Assembly: GCA_049840735.1 (NCBI GenBank)
Contig: JASGJN010000012.1
Location: forward strand, 46,274 to 110,273
Direction: 5' to 3'
Source of the DNA: Anaeromyxobacter sp.
Lineage (GTDB): Bacteria; Myxococcota; Myxococcia; Myxococcales; Anaeromyxobacteraceae
DNA length: 64,000 nucleotides
A model generated the notes under the pieces. That model was not told where the DNA came from, searched no databases, and saw only the letters and a program-made list of their open reading frames with translations. The position numbers and the translations under genes are program-made. Positions 53,495-64,000 of the stretch are shown in pieces (position 1 is the stretch's first letter; the number at the start of each line of letters is the position of its first letter).

Positions 53495-54442
53495 GTGCCC
53501 GACCCGCGCGACCTGGCCATCCGCCCGCTCGGCCTCGCCGAGGTGATCGACCGCTCGGTCGCCCTCACCGTCCGCCATTTCAGGCCGCTCTTCCTGGCCA
53601 TGCTGGTCCTGCAGGCCCCGGCGCTGTTCCTGGCCCGGCTGCAGTCGGCGGGGGTGCTGGAGCTCTTGGCCTCGGCCCAGGACCCGGACCGCGCCCTGGC
53701 GGCCCTCACCTCCGCGGCCCGGACCTCGGCCGGGCTCCTGCTGCCGCTCCTCTTCCTGCAGTTCCTGGCCACGGCGGCCGCGGCGGCCATCGTGGCCCCC
53801 TCGCTCGACCCGCGCGCGGCGCACGGCCGCCCCGGCGCAGGCCGCGCCGCATGGGCGGTGCTCACGGCGGCGCTGCTCGACCTGGCCGCGCTGCTCCTGG
53901 CGCCGGCGCTCGGGCTCTTGCCCGGCCTGGTCCTGTCCCTGCGCGCCGGCTCGCTGCCGGTGATCGTGATGGGGGCGGTGGTCGGGATCCTCGGGGGGCT
54001 GCTGCTCTTCCTGGTGGTGTTGCTCCGCCTGGTGCCGGCCCCGGTGGTCGCCGCGGTCGAGGGTCGGGCCGGGCTCGCCGCCCTGCTCCGCTCCAGCCGG
54101 CTGATGGCTCCGCGGCCGGGGATGCGCCTGGTGGATCGCCCCTCGCTCCGCGCCTCGGTGGTGCTGCTGGTGGCGCTGGTCCTGGCCCTCTCGGTCAACG
54201 CCGTGGCGGGCCTGCCGCGGGCCGCGGTGGTGCGGCTGGCGGGAGGGGGCGATCCGCTCGCCTTCCTGGCCCCGCTGCCCCTCGGGCTGGAGCTGGCGGT
54301 CACCACCGTGGAGGCGCTGGCCAGCGCGGCGCTGCAGCCCTTCTCGCTGGTGGCGGTGGTGGTCCTCTACTACGATCGGCGCGCGCGGACCGAGGGGCTG
54401 GACCTGGCCCGCTGGGCCGAGTCGCTGGAGGCCTCCCCCTGA
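53495..54442 (+). CDS. Integral membrane protein of MoxR-associated clusters
   Basis: IRPLGLAEVID, multiple TMs, LYYDRRARTEGLDL. Confidence 0.75.
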   Translation: MPDPRDLAIRPLGLAEVIDRSVALTVRHFRPLFLAMLVLQAPALFLARLQSAGVLELLASAQDPDRALAALTSAARTSAGLLLPLLFLQFLATAAAAAIVAPSLDPRAAHGRPGAGRAAWAVLTAALLDLAALLLAPALGLLPGLVLSLRAGSLPVIVMGAVVGILGGLLLFLVVLLRLVPAPVVAAVEGRAGLAALLRSSRLMAPRPGMRLVDRPSLRASVVLLVALVLALSVNAVAGLPRAAVVRLAGGGDPLAFLAPLPLGLELAVTTVEALASAALQPFSLVAVVVLYYDRRARTEGLDLARWAESLEASP

Positions 54443-55341
54443 TCCCTCCGCTGCTCGCGCTGGCCCTGGGTGGCACGCTGGCCGCGGCCCCGGGCTGCCC
54501 CGACGCAGCGGCCGAGGCCGCGGCGCTGGACCCGGCCGCCGCGGCCGCGATGGACCCGGCGGACCCGAGCGCCGGGGCCGGCGCGCTGGCCGGCCGCGCC
54601 CAGGCCATCGTCCGCCGGCTGGAGGCGCGCGGCGCGGGCCCCGCCGGCGCGCTGCAGGAGGCGGCGCGCGGCGCCGGCGCGCCGGGGGCCCTGGTGGCCT
54701 TCCGCGCCGCGCTGGAGCGCCACTGCGGGCTCGCCGCCGCGCCGCGCCTCGCCCGCGCCACGCCGGAGCAGCGGGCCGCCCTGCAGGCGCTGCTGGCCGG
54801 CCCCGACTACCGCGCCGCCCGCGCCGACGCCCGGGCGCTGCGCCGGCTGCTGCTCGACGCCTGGGCGCGGCTCCTGGAGCTCCTCGGCACCTCCGAGGCC
54901 GAGCGGTACGCCAGCTTCGGCCGCGCCCTGGCCCTGCTCGCCGCGGCCGCCGCGGCCGCGCTGGCGGTCGCGGTGGCGCGCCGCCGCCGGCGCCTGCAGC
55001 CGGCCGCCCGGCGCCAGCCGCCGCCCGCCCCCGCGCCGCTCCCGCCCCCCGACGCCAGCCTGGGCGAGGCGGAGGCGGCGCTGGCGCGCGGCGACGGGCG
55101 CGAGGCGGTGAGGCGCGCCTTCCTGGCCGCGCTGGCCGCGCTGGAGCGGTCCGGCGCGGTCCCGCGCGGACGGGCCCGCACCAACCGCGAGCTGGTCGCC
55201 GGCGAGGGGCCGGCCCTGGCCGAGCTGGCGCCGCTGGCGAGCCTCTTCGACCGGGTGGTCTACGGCCAGCGCCCGACCGCGCCGGCCGAGGCGCGCGAGG
55301 CGGTGGTGGCCGCCCGCCGGATCGCGCGGGGGGCCCGGTGA
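54439..55341 (+). CDS. DUF4129 domain protein (start approximate)
   Basis: GDGREAVRRAFLAAL, RTNREL, FDRVVYG. Confidence 0.75.
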   Translation: MIPPLLALALGGTLAAAPGCPDAAAEAAALDPAAAAAMDPADPSAGAGALAGRAQAIVRRLEARGAGPAGALQEAARGAGAPGALVAFRAALERHCGLAAAPRLARATPEQRAALQALLAGPDYRAARADARALRRLLLDAWARLLELLGTSEAERYASFGRALALLAAAAAAALAVAVARRRRRLQPAARRQPPPAPAPLPPPDASLGEAEAALARGDGREAVRRAFLAALAALERSGAVPRGRARTNRELVAGEGPALAELAPLASLFDRVVYGQRPTAPAEAREAVVAARRIARGAR

Positions 55342-56444
55342 TCCGCCGCGGCCTGCTCCCCGCCGCCGCGCTGGCCGCCCTCGCGCTGGTGGCCGCCGGC
55401 GCGGTGCTGGGGCAGCGCCGCCAGCGCCTCCGCGAGGCGGCGCCGCTGCCGGCCGGCGAGAGCACCGGCCCCCGCGGCCTGGCCGCGCTGCGGACCACGC
55501 TCCAGGCCGCGGGCACGGCCGTGCTGCGCCGCGGCCCGGGCGATCCGCCGGCGCCCGGGGCCGCGGTGGTGATCCTGGCGGCGCCGCGCGCGCCGCTCGA
55601 CGAGGCGGAGGCGGCGGCGCTCCTGGCCGGGGCGGAGGGCGGCGCCACCCTGGTCTGGGCCCTCGGCCCGGCGCCGCAGCCCGCGCTCGCGCGACGGCTG
55701 GGGCTCTCCACCTCCGGGCCCGGGACGCTGCGCACCGCCTCCGGGCTGGCGCCCCACCCGCTGGTCGGCGATCTGCAGCTGCCCGCCGCCGGCCCCGCCC
55801 TGCAGGCGACCTGGCCCGGCGCGCTGCCCGTCTCCGGCCTCCCGGGCGCGGCCACGGCCCTGTCGTTGCCCGTCGGCCGCGGCGAGCTCCTGGTCCTCTC
55901 CGGCCCCGAGCCGCTCGAGAACGCCCACCTGGCCGACGGCGACGCGCTCACGCTGGCGCTGCGGCTCGGGTCGCGCGGCCCGGTCGCGCTGGACGAGCGC
56001 TTCCTGCGCCCGCCCGGCGAGACCCCTCCCTCCCGGCGCGCGCTCCTGACCGCCGCCGGGCAGCTGCTGCTGGCGGCGCTGGTCTGGCTCTGGGCCCGGG
56101 GCCGCCGCCTGGGGGCCATCCGCCGCGCGCCGGCGGAGGGCGCGGCGCCGAGCGGCGCCGGTCACGCGGCCTCGCTGGGCGCGCTGTACGCGCGCGCCGG
56201 CGACGAGCCGGCGCTGGCGGCGCAGACCTGGCGGCTCCTCCGGCAGCGGCTGGAGCAGCGGGCCGGGCTCTCCGCCCGCCTGGAGGACGCCGACGCGGCG
56301 CGCCGGCTGGCCGCGCGCTGCCCGCTGGCGGCCGAGGCGCTGACCCGCGGCGCGGCGGCGCTGTCGGCGGGCGGCCGGGGCACGCTGCTCCGGGTCACCC
56401 GCGCCGCCGCCGAGGCCGAGGCCGCACTGCGGCAGCGGCGCTGA
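55338..56444 (+). CDS. DUF4350 domain protein
   Basis: GPRGLAAL, GRGELLVLS..LENAHL, LDE, RGRRLG, LGALYARA. Confidence 0.75.
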   Translation: MIRRGLLPAAALAALALVAAGAVLGQRRQRLREAAPLPAGESTGPRGLAALRTTLQAAGTAVLRRGPGDPPAPGAAVVILAAPRAPLDEAEAAALLAGAEGGATLVWALGPAPQPALARRLGLSTSGPGTLRTASGLAPHPLVGDLQLPAAGPALQATWPGALPVSGLPGAATALSLPVGRGELLVLSGPEPLENAHLADGDALTLALRLGSRGPVALDERFLRPPGETPPSRRALLTAAGQLLLAALVWLWARGRRLGAIRRAPAEGAAPSGAGHAASLGALYARAGDEPALAAQTWRLLRQRLEQRAGLSARLEDADAARRLAARCPLAAEALTRGAAALSAGGRGTLLRVTRAAAEAEAALRQRR

Positions 56445-56490
56445 TACACTCCAGTTATCAGGCTCATTCAAACGTTGTCTTGGCGCTATC
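56443..56490 (+). promoter_or_regulatory. Putative OxyR/LysR-type operator upstream of dps
   Basis: AT-rich island GATA-N9-TATC (56443-56459) plus downstream CTATC. Confidence 0.5.
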
Positions 56491-56535
56491 AGCGCAGGGC
56501 AGGCATCTTCCTCCATGTCCAGAGGAGGACTGCAC

Positions 56536-57012
56536 ATGAACCGGAGCCCCAACCCCATGCCCGAGTCCAACCGCCGCCAGGTCACCGAGGCGCTCAACGC
56601 GGTCCTGGCCGACAGCCTCGACCTGCACGGCCACCTCAAGAGCGCCCACTGGAACCTCAAGGGCCCACACTTCGCCGCGCTCCACCCGCTGCTCGAGACC
56701 TTCGCGGTCTCGCTCGCCGCGCACGGCGACACCGTGGCGGAGCGGGCGGTGACGCTGGGCGGCCGCGCCTACGGGACGGCCCGCCACGTGGCCGGCGCCT
56801 CGCGCCTGCCGCCCTACCCCGAGGAGACGGTGCGCGACCTCGAGCACGTGCGCCACCTCTCCGAGCGGATCGACGCGTACCTGGCCGGCGTCCGCCAGGC
56901 CCGCGCCGCCGCCCAGGGGCTGGGCGACGACGACACGGTCGACGTGCTGACCGCCATCGTGGAGGAGTTCGAGAAGCACGGCTGGTTCCTGCGGGCCACG
57001 CTCGGTGAGTAG
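56536..57012 (+). CDS. dps: DNA starvation/stationary-phase protection protein
   Basis: GGAGGA RBS; KSAHWNLKGPHF..LH, DTVAERAVTLGG, EKHGWFL. Confidence 0.94.
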   Translation: MNRSPNPMPESNRRQVTEALNAVLADSLDLHGHLKSAHWNLKGPHFAALHPLLETFAVSLAAHGDTVAERAVTLGGRAYGTARHVAGASRLPPYPEETVRDLEHVRHLSERIDAYLAGVRQARAAAQGLGDDDTVDVLTAIVEEFEKHGWFLRATLGE

Positions 57013-57050
57013 CGGACCGCGTCGAGGAGAGGGAGAAGGAGGAGGAGCAC

Positions 57051-57653
57051 ATGACCGCCTTCGCGCTGGGAGGGTTGATGTCCGGGGCCGTGCACGCCGT
57101 CTCCGGGCCGGACCACCTGCTGTCGCTGGCCCCGCTCTCGGTGGGGCGCCGCCGCGCCGCCTGGCGCGTCGGCCTGGTCTGGGGCGCGGGCCACGCGCTG
57201 GGGACCACCGCGGCCGCGGCGCTGCTGGCGGCGCTGGTGACCGTCACGGCCCTGCCGCTGGCCGGCGCCTGGGGCGAGCGCGCCGCCGGGCTGGCGTTGG
57301 TGGCGCTGGGCGTGGTCGGGCTGCTGCGCCGGCGGACCGAGGCCGCCGAGCCCGACGCGCCCCCGGCCGGCTCCGCGCTGGGCGTGCTGGCCGTGGGCGT
57401 GGTCCACGGCGTGACCGGCGCGGCCGGCCTGCTGCTGCTGGCGCCGGCCATCACCGCCGGCTCGCTGGCCCAGGGCATCACCTACCTGGCCGGCTTCTCC
57501 GTGGGCTCGGCCGCCGCCATGGCCGCGCTCACCGCCTCGCTGGCGGCCGCGGCGCGGCTCACCCGGGCCGGCCCGGTGCCGCTCCGGCTGGCGCGGCTGG
57601 CCTCGGCCGGCTCCGTCGCGCTGGGGCTGGCCTGGGTGGCGCTGTCGGTCTGA
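57051..57653 (+). CDS. Nickel transporter / UreH-like membrane protein
   Basis: HAVSGPDHL, WGAGH, GVVHGVTG. Confidence 0.75.
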   Translation: MTAFALGGLMSGAVHAVSGPDHLLSLAPLSVGRRRAAWRVGLVWGAGHALGTTAAAALLAALVTVTALPLAGAWGERAAGLALVALGVVGLLRRRTEAAEPDAPPAGSALGVLAVGVVHGVTGAAGLLLLAPAITAGSLAQGITYLAGFSVGSAAAMAALTASLAAAARLTRAGPVPLRLARLASAGSVALGLAWVALSV

Positions 57654-57711
57654 GCGCGGCAGGCCCCACGATCGAGCAGGAGGAGCGCGCCGGCCGAGGT
57701 ACCATGCGCCC

Positions 57712-58488
57712 GTGTTCCTCCTGCTCTCCAAGGTCCTCGACCTGCTCCTGGCCCCGCTCACCTGGGCGGTGCTGCTCGTGCTGTGCGGCGCCTGGCTCCA
57801 GCCCCGCCGCCCGCGCCTCTCCCGCGCGCTGCTCCTGGCGGCGGCCGCGGGGCTGCTCACCTTCTCGGTCGAGCCGGTTCCGCGCCTGCTCTGGCGCGCC
57901 CTGGAAGACGACGCGGTGAACACCTTCCGCCCCGACCCGCCCTACGACGCGGTGATCCTGCTGGGCGGGATGGTGGACTCGGCGGCCGCCCGCGCCAGCA
58001 GCGCGGTGGAGCTGACCGAGTCGGCCGACCGGCTGCTGGCGGCGGAGGCGGTGCTGCGGTCCGGGCAGGCCCGCTACCTGCTCATCTCGGCCGGCGTGCA
58101 GGCGGTCCGCCCCGGCGAGCCGTCGGAGGCGGAGCAGCTGGCCTCCCTGCTGGTGGCGCGGGGCATCCCGCGCGACCAGCTGGTGCTCGACGGCCGCAGC
58201 CGCAACACGCGCGAGAACGCGCTCGAGTCGTCCCGCCTGGTGGCCGAGCACGGCTGGAAGCGGCTCCTGGTGGTCACCAGCGCCGGCCACATGCCGCGGG
58301 CGCTGGGCTGCTTCCGCGCGGTGGGGCTCCACCCCGACGCGCTGCCGGTGGACCGGCGCGCCGGCGACCAGCTGACCCCGTGGTACTGGCGGCTCACGCC
58401 CCGCGCCGAGCAGCTCTCCGCCTCCACCGACGCCATCCGCGAGCTGTCCGGCCGGCTCGTCTACCGGGTGGCGGGGTACACGAGGTGA
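57712..58488 (+). CDS. YdcF/ElyC (DUF218) family protein
   Basis: ILLGG, SRNTRENA, VTSAGHMPRA. Confidence 0.88.
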   Translation: MFLLLSKVLDLLLAPLTWAVLLVLCGAWLQPRRPRLSRALLLAAAAGLLTFSVEPVPRLLWRALEDDAVNTFRPDPPYDAVILLGGMVDSAAARASSAVELTESADRLLAAEAVLRSGQARYLLISAGVQAVRPGEPSEAEQLASLLVARGIPRDQLVLDGRSRNTRENALESSRLVAEHGWKRLLVVTSAGHMPRALGCFRAVGLHPDALPVDRRAGDQLTPWYWRLTPRAEQLSASTDAIRELSGRLVYRVAGYTR

Positions 58489-58520
58489 GCGGCGCGCCCG
58501 GCGGTGCTACCGTGCCCCCC

Positions 58521-59480
58521 ATGTCCACGCCCGCCGACCTCTCCGCCGCCGCCGCCCGCCTCCAGGCCGAGGTGGGCAAGGTGGTGGTGGGCCAGCAGGG
58601 CCCGCTCGCCGAGCTGATCACGGCGCTCCTGTGCGGCGGCCACGTGCTGCTGGAGGGGGTGCCGGGCGTGGCCAAGACCCTGCTGGCCAAGGCGCTGGCC
58701 CGGGCCCTCGCCCTGCGCTTCGGGCGGATCCAGTTCACGCCCGACCTGATGCCGGCCGACGTGCTCGGCACCAGCGTCTACCGGCCGGACACCGCCACCT
58801 TCGAGCTGCGCCGCGGCCCCATCTTCACCGAGGTGCTGCTGGCGGACGAGGTGAACCGGACGCCGCCCAAGACGCAGGCGGCGCTGCTCGAGGCCATGGA
58901 GGAGCGGCAGGTGACGCTGGACGGGCAGCGCCAGCCGCTGCCGGCCGGCTTCTTCGTCATCGCCACCCAGAACCCGGTGGAGTACGAGGGGACCTACCCC
59001 CTCCCCGAGGCCCAGACCGACCGGTTCCTCATGAAGGTCCGGATCGATTACCCGGCCGCCGAGGAGGAGCTGGAGATCCTGCGCCGCGCCGCCGCCGGCG
59101 TGGACGGCCACGACCTGGAGGCCGCAGGGGTGGCGCCGGTGCTCGACGGCGCCGCGCTGACGGAGCTGCGCGCCCGGGCCCGCGCGCTGCCGGTGGCGCC
59201 CGAGCTGCTCGCCTACGTGGCGGCGCTGGTCCGCCAGAGCCGCGAGCTGCCCCGCGGCCGGCTGGGGGCCAGCCCGCGCGCCGGCGTCGGACTCCTCGCC
59301 GCCGCCCGCGCCCGCGCCGCGCTCCAGGGGGCGGCGTGGCTCGGCCCCGACGACGTGAAGGCCGTGGCCCCGGCGGTCCTGCGCCACCGGCTGGTGGTCC
59401 GCCCCGAGGCCGAGCTGGAGGGCGCGACGCCGGACGACCTGGTGCAGGAGCTGCTCGAGACGGTGCCGGTGCCGAGGTAG
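58521..59480 (+). CDS. MoxR family AAA+ ATPase
   Basis: GVPGVAKT, IQFTPDLMPAD, ADEVNRTPPKTQAALLEAM, ATQNPVEYEGTYPLPEAQ. Confidence 0.94.
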   Translation: MSTPADLSAAAARLQAEVGKVVVGQQGPLAELITALLCGGHVLLEGVPGVAKTLLAKALARALALRFGRIQFTPDLMPADVLGTSVYRPDTATFELRRGPIFTEVLLADEVNRTPPKTQAALLEAMEERQVTLDGQRQPLPAGFFVIATQNPVEYEGTYPLPEAQTDRFLMKVRIDYPAAEEELEILRRAAAGVDGHDLEAAGVAPVLDGAALTELRARARALPVAPELLAYVAALVRQSRELPRGRLGASPRAGVGLLAAARARAALQGAAWLGPDDVKAVAPAVLRHRLVVRPEAELEGATPDDLVQELLETVPVPR

Positions 59481-59483
59481 CGC

Positions 59484-59894
59484 TCAGCCCGCGAGCAGCT
59501 CGTCGTAGCCGCGCCCCTCGAACTGCAGCAGGCAGAAGCCGTGGCCGAAGGGATTGCCCAGGATCGCCATCCGGCCCCAGCGCCGCGAGACGACGGGCCG
59601 CTCCAGCCTCGCGCTGGCCGCCTCCGCCCGGGCGATGGCCGCCTCCAGGTCGGGCACGGCCAGGTCGAGGTGGACCGGCGTCCAGTGGCGCGCGAAGTCG
59701 CGCCTCGCCTCCGACGCCGGCGAGGCGACGCTGCCAGCCTCGACCGGAAGCAGGTCCACCGGGCAGCCCGCGCCCAGCAGCTCCGCCCAGTGGGGCCCGT
59801 TCCGCCGGCCCAGCGTCAGCCCCAGCGCCCGCGTGTAGAAGGCGAGGGCGGCGTCGAGGTCGGGGACGTCGATGCAGATGCGCAGCTCGGGCAT
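59484..59894 (-). CDS. VOC / glyoxalase family protein
   Basis: IDVPDLDAALAFY, WTPVHLD, PFGHGFCL. Confidence 0.88.
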   Translation of the reverse strand: MPELRICIDVPDLDAALAFYTRALGLTLGRRNGPHWAELLGAGCPVDLLPVEAGSVASPASEARRDFARHWTPVHLDLAVPDLEAAIARAEAASARLERPVVSRRWGRMAILGNPFGHGFCLLQFEGRGYDELLAG

Positions 59895-59966
59895 GGGCGG
59901 GCTCCGGGGGTTGAACCTTCCTGGCCCTGCGCCGCCTCCGCCGCCATCCCGGGCGGGGAGCACCCG

Positions 59967-60795
59967 TCACTCGAAGACGTACCGCCCGCCCCGCACCCGC
60001 ACCGCGAGCGGCCGTGGCCGGGCCTCGAAGCGCGCGAACCCCTGCTGCAGCTCGCGCCACCCGGCCCGCAGCTCCGCCGCCGGCAGCCCGGTGGCGGCCG
60101 AGGCCGCCGCGGCGCGGGCGGCCAGATCCTGCGGACGGTCGAAGCGGAACGGGAAGACGTGCACCTGCAGCCGCCCGGCGCGCCGCCGGTCGTGGTGGCG
60201 CGCGAAGGCGAAGACCGGAAGGAAGTCGCGGCTGGCCATCGAGGCGCAGCCGGCCGAGACGCAGTTGCCGTGCAGGCAGATGGCGCTGCCCGGGCGCGCC
60301 GCGCCGGCGCGGGCGCTGCGGGCGCGATCGACGGCGTTGGGGTAGTCGAGGCAGAGCTTGAAGGCCGAGCCGACGCCCACCCGCCCCTGCGCCCCGGGGT
60401 GATCCAGGTCGATCCACATCCACCAGTTCGGGCTGTCGTACCCGAACTCCGCCTGGTAGAACCCCTCCGGCGTGCGGCCGTCCCCCTGCCGCACCTTCGA
60501 CCAGGGGTGAAGTCCATGGCGCAGACCGGCACCGACTGCACCCGCCGCAGCGGCCCCTGGCCGTCGCCGGCCCAGATCTCCAGCTCGCGCTCGGCCTTGA
60601 AGACCCGCAGCACCACCTCGCGCGGCGGCCAGGCCACCCCGGCCGCGGCGCTCCAGGCGGCCGCTCGGCCCCTCGCAGCGCCTCGATGCCGCGCAGGATG
60701 CCCTCGGGATCCGCGGGCCGTCCGGGCGCGCCTGCGCGGCGGCCGGCGCGAGCAGGGCCAGTGCGAGGGCCAGGGCGCGCGGGCGAGGCGTTCAC
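59967..60795 (-). CDS. L,D-transpeptidase family protein (YafK/DpaA-like; several frameshifts)
   Basis: RVFKAERELEIW, QGDGRTPEGFY, LDYPN, ICLHGNCVSAGC. Confidence 0.8.
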
Positions 60796-62487
60796 GGCGC
60801 GCAGGCCTCCTGGACGAAGGCGTCGGGGAGCGCGACCTTCGCCTGGCCGTCCACCACGCGCGGGCAGACCGGACGGAAGGCCTCCCGCGCCTCGGCCTCG
60901 GCGCCCCGCTGCAGCAGCTCCATGGCGAGGCGCGTCCGGAGCCGGTCCTCGAAGCCGCTGAAGCCAAGCTCGAGCACCTCGCGCTCCGCCAGCGCCTGGC
61001 GCAGCAGCGGCACCACCTTCTCCTGGTCGCCGAGCTGGTCCTCCAGCACCGCGGCCAGGTAGATGGCGCGCGGGTCGTGCGGGAACTCCAATCGCAGCCG
61101 CGCCACCTCCGCCACCGTCTGCGCCTGCGACCACCGCCCCACGCCCTCGTACCGCTCGTCCGGCGCGACCAGCGCGCGCGCCTCCAGCGCCCGCCACAGC
61201 GCCGGCCCCTGCAGCGCGGCCTGGCCCAGCCCAGCCGCGAGCAGCCCCAGCACCAGGACCGCCAGCGCCCGCGCCAGGCCCTTCGCGCCTGGCCGCGGCT
61301 CCCCCGACCGCCAGGCGTTCACCAGCAGCAGCGCGCCCAGGAGCCCGCCGGTGACGGCCCCGCCCGCGTGCGCCCCGAAGTCAATCCGGCTTCCGTCGCG
61401 GTGGAGCGTGAGCGGCAGGAGCGCCGGCACCAGCCAGTAGACCAGGTGCAGCTGGGCCGAGGTGCGGACCCGCCCGAAGGGCAGCCGCGCGGTGGCCACG
61501 AACGCGGCCGCCAGCACGCCCATGATGGCCCCCGAGGCGCCCACCGAGATCACCTCGGGCGCGTTGAAGGCCAGGCTGGCCAGGCTCCCGCCCAGCAGCG
61601 AGAGGCCGTAGACGACCAGGAACCACCAGCGGCCCACCAGCTGCTCCAGGATGGCCCCACCCAGCGCCAGGGCCAGCCCGTTGAAGAGCAGGTGGAGCAG
61701 GTCGCCGTGCAGGAAGGCCGCCGACACCAGCCGGTACCACTGCCCCTGCGCCACCAGCCCGCGAGCCAGGCCGCCCTCCGCCACCAGCGCCTGGAGCGTG
61801 GGCGAGAGCAGCCCCGCCCACGGCCCCAGCACCAGCTGCAGCGCGAAGCAGCTCGCCAGCACGCCCAGCAGCGGAGATCGTCACCACCGGCACCCCGCGC
61901 AGCTCGGCCGCCGGGGCGGGCGCGCCCTCGTCCTCCTCCGCCAGCCGCCGCACCAGCCGCCCCAGCCGCTTCGCCGCCCCCAGCCCGCCCAGCGGCGCGT
62001 TGGTCCAGGCCTCGCCGGTGTCCAGCCGGACGGCGCTGGCGCTGAGGGAAACCTTCCCGCGCCAGGGCTGCTTGCGCAGCGGCCTCAGGTGCTCCACCGC
62101 AAGCGGCCCGCCCGCGCTGAGCTCCTGCACGGCCAGGGTGACCGGGAGCTTGGTCCCGTTCACCTGGCCGGTGTAGCGCAGACAGGACCGGGCCACCTCC
62201 AGCAGCGCCTCCAGCCCCAGCTCCAGCGGCGGCGCGCCCGCGGTCCGGTCCTTGAGGCAGAGGACCTCGAAGCCATAGCCGTCGGTGCGCACCAGGATCC
62301 GCTCGAAGTGCGCCGCCAGCGGCACCAGCTCCGGCACCTGGGCGACGGCGCCGCCGTCGGCCCCGGCCTCCGGCGCCCCGGGCGTCCGCAGCGCCTCCGG
62401 GAGGGCCAGCGCCGCGTACCCGCGGGTGCGCGCCAGGTGGCGGCAGACGCGGTCGAGGATCTCGGTGGGAGGGGCGGCGTGGCTCAT
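60792..62487 (-). CDS. Rhomboid intramembrane serine protease with soluble N-terminal and TPR-like C-terminal extensions (frameshift near 61875)
   Basis: WYRLVSAAFLHGDLLHLLFN, VGASGAIMG, AHAGG. Confidence 0.85.
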
Positions 62488-62635
62488 GGCGCGGACGCTA
62501 GCACGCCCGCCCGCCTCCCCGGCACGGGGCCAGCCCCTACCCCAGCACCCCGGCCACGCGCAGCGCCCCCACCAGCGCGGCGCTGACGCGGGCGTGGTTC
62601 GCCTTCCACTCCGCGTGCGCCTCGGGGCCGACGCG

Positions 62636-64000
62636 GTTGGCCCCGAGGCGCACGCGGAGTGGAAGGCGGACCACAGCCGCGTCAAGCGCGCTGGTTGCGC
62701 ATGGCCCGGGGTCTGGGTAGGGGCTAGGCCTCAGAGCAGGCGTGCTAGCGCACGCCGTGAGCCACGCCGCCCCTCCCACCAGAATCCTCGACCGCGTCTC
62801 CGCCACCTGGCGCCGCACCGGCCAGGACGCGGCGCTCGCCCTCCCGGAGGCGCTGCGGACGCCCGGGGCGCGAAGCCGGGCCGACGGGCGGCGCCGTCCA
62901 CCAGGTGCCGGAGCTGGTGCCGCTGGCGGCGCACTTCGAGCGGATGCTGAGTGCGCGCCGACGGCTATCACTTCGGGAGACTCCTCAAGGACCGGACCGC
63001 GGCGCGCCGCCGCTGAAGCTGGGGCTGGAGGCACTGTCCTGTCTGCGCTACACCGGCCAGGTCGACAGAACCCTTCCGGTCACCCTGGCCGTGCGGTTCA
63101 CGCGGGCGGGCCGCTTGCGGTGGAGCACCTGAGGCCGCTGCGCAAGCAGCCGCACCAGGAAGGCTCCCTCCAGCGCCAGCGCCGTCCGGCTGGACAGGCC
63201 TGGACCAACGCGCCGGCTGGGCGGGCTGGGGGGCGGCGAAGCGGCTGGGGCGGCTGGTGCGGCGGCTGGCGGAGGAGGAGCGAGGGGCGCGCCCGCCCCG
63301 GCGGCCGAGCTGCGGTACGGTAACGACTGAATCTCGCTACTTGGGCGTCTGGCGAGCTGCTTCACGCTGGCTGGTACTAGGGGCCGTGGGCGGGGCTGCT
63401 CCAAGCCAGCACTTCCAGGCACTAGTAGCTAGCGGCTGGTGGCGCAGGGTGACTGTAGCCTTCCTACAGCATACTGCTCCACCTGCTCTTTCAAGCGGCT
63501 GTGGCACTGAGTGGCCGTCCTGGAGCAGCTGGTGCACTTGCATGGTACCTAGTCTGCGCCTCTCGCTGCTGGGCGGGACCTCGGCCAGCCTGGCCTTCAA
63601 CACACAAAAGTGATGCTCCGTGGCACCTCAGGGGTCATCATGAGCACATGCTGGCGGCCGCGTCCACGCAGGAACCACGCAGCTCGGGCGGGTCCGCCTC
63701 AGCAGCTGCACCTGGTATCTGGCTGGTGCCGGCGCTCCTGCCGCTCACGCTCACCGCAACGGAGACCGGATGGCTTGCGGGGCACGGCGGGCGGGGCCGT
63801 CACCGGCGGCCTCGGGCGCGCTGCTGCTGGTGAACACCTGGCGGGAATTCGGAGCCGCGGCCAGGCGCGAAGGGCCTGCAGCGGCACTGGCGGTCTGTGG
63901 GCTGCTCACCGAGCTGGGCTGGGCCAGGCCGCGCTGCAGGGGCCGGCGCTATCGCGGCGGGCGCTGGAGGCGCGCGCGCTGGTCGCACCGGACGAGCAAC
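62636..64000 (+). other. Degraded inverted (fold-back) copy of ~61150-62630; probable sequencing or assembly artefact
   Basis: Mirror centred near 62633 (GGGGCCGA-CGCGG-TTGGCCCC); right arm repeats the rhomboid gene with many indels. Confidence 0.9.

Noticed and set aside
62731..63988. Second rhomboid gene or new ORFs at the window end
   Set aside because: They are fragments of the degraded mirror copy of 61150-62630.

Overview
A very GC-rich chromosomal window whose gene content resembles Anaeromyxobacter or related Myxococcota (inferred from protein families, not from a search). Most of it is housekeeping: proC, truD, ccsA-hemACD, trxA, mreCD-mrdA-rodA, ppiD-maf-yggS, fbaB, an addAB-like pair, queD, thiE/G/S, dps and a MoxR cluster. 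Five things stand out. (1) A ~2.4 kb block sits inside a tldD-like gene whose two halves rejoin almost seamlessly. It holds a cas-less type I-G-like CRISPR array, itself interrupted by an IS21-like element with two accessory ORFs, one Cys-rich. (2) A structured ~157 bp REP/MITE-like element lies right after stop codons and is amplified into a 234-bp tandem array; a RAYT-type Y1 transposase is in the same window. (3) Frameshifts and substitutions cluster at GATC, suggesting a DNA modification miscalled by long-read sequencing. (4) The last ~1.4 kb is a degraded fold-back copy of the preceding sequence. (5) Several smaller domain oddities are listed under findings. The sequence looks like unpolished long-read data, so most frameshifts are treated as errors rather than pseudogenes, and the CRISPR insert needs read-level validation.
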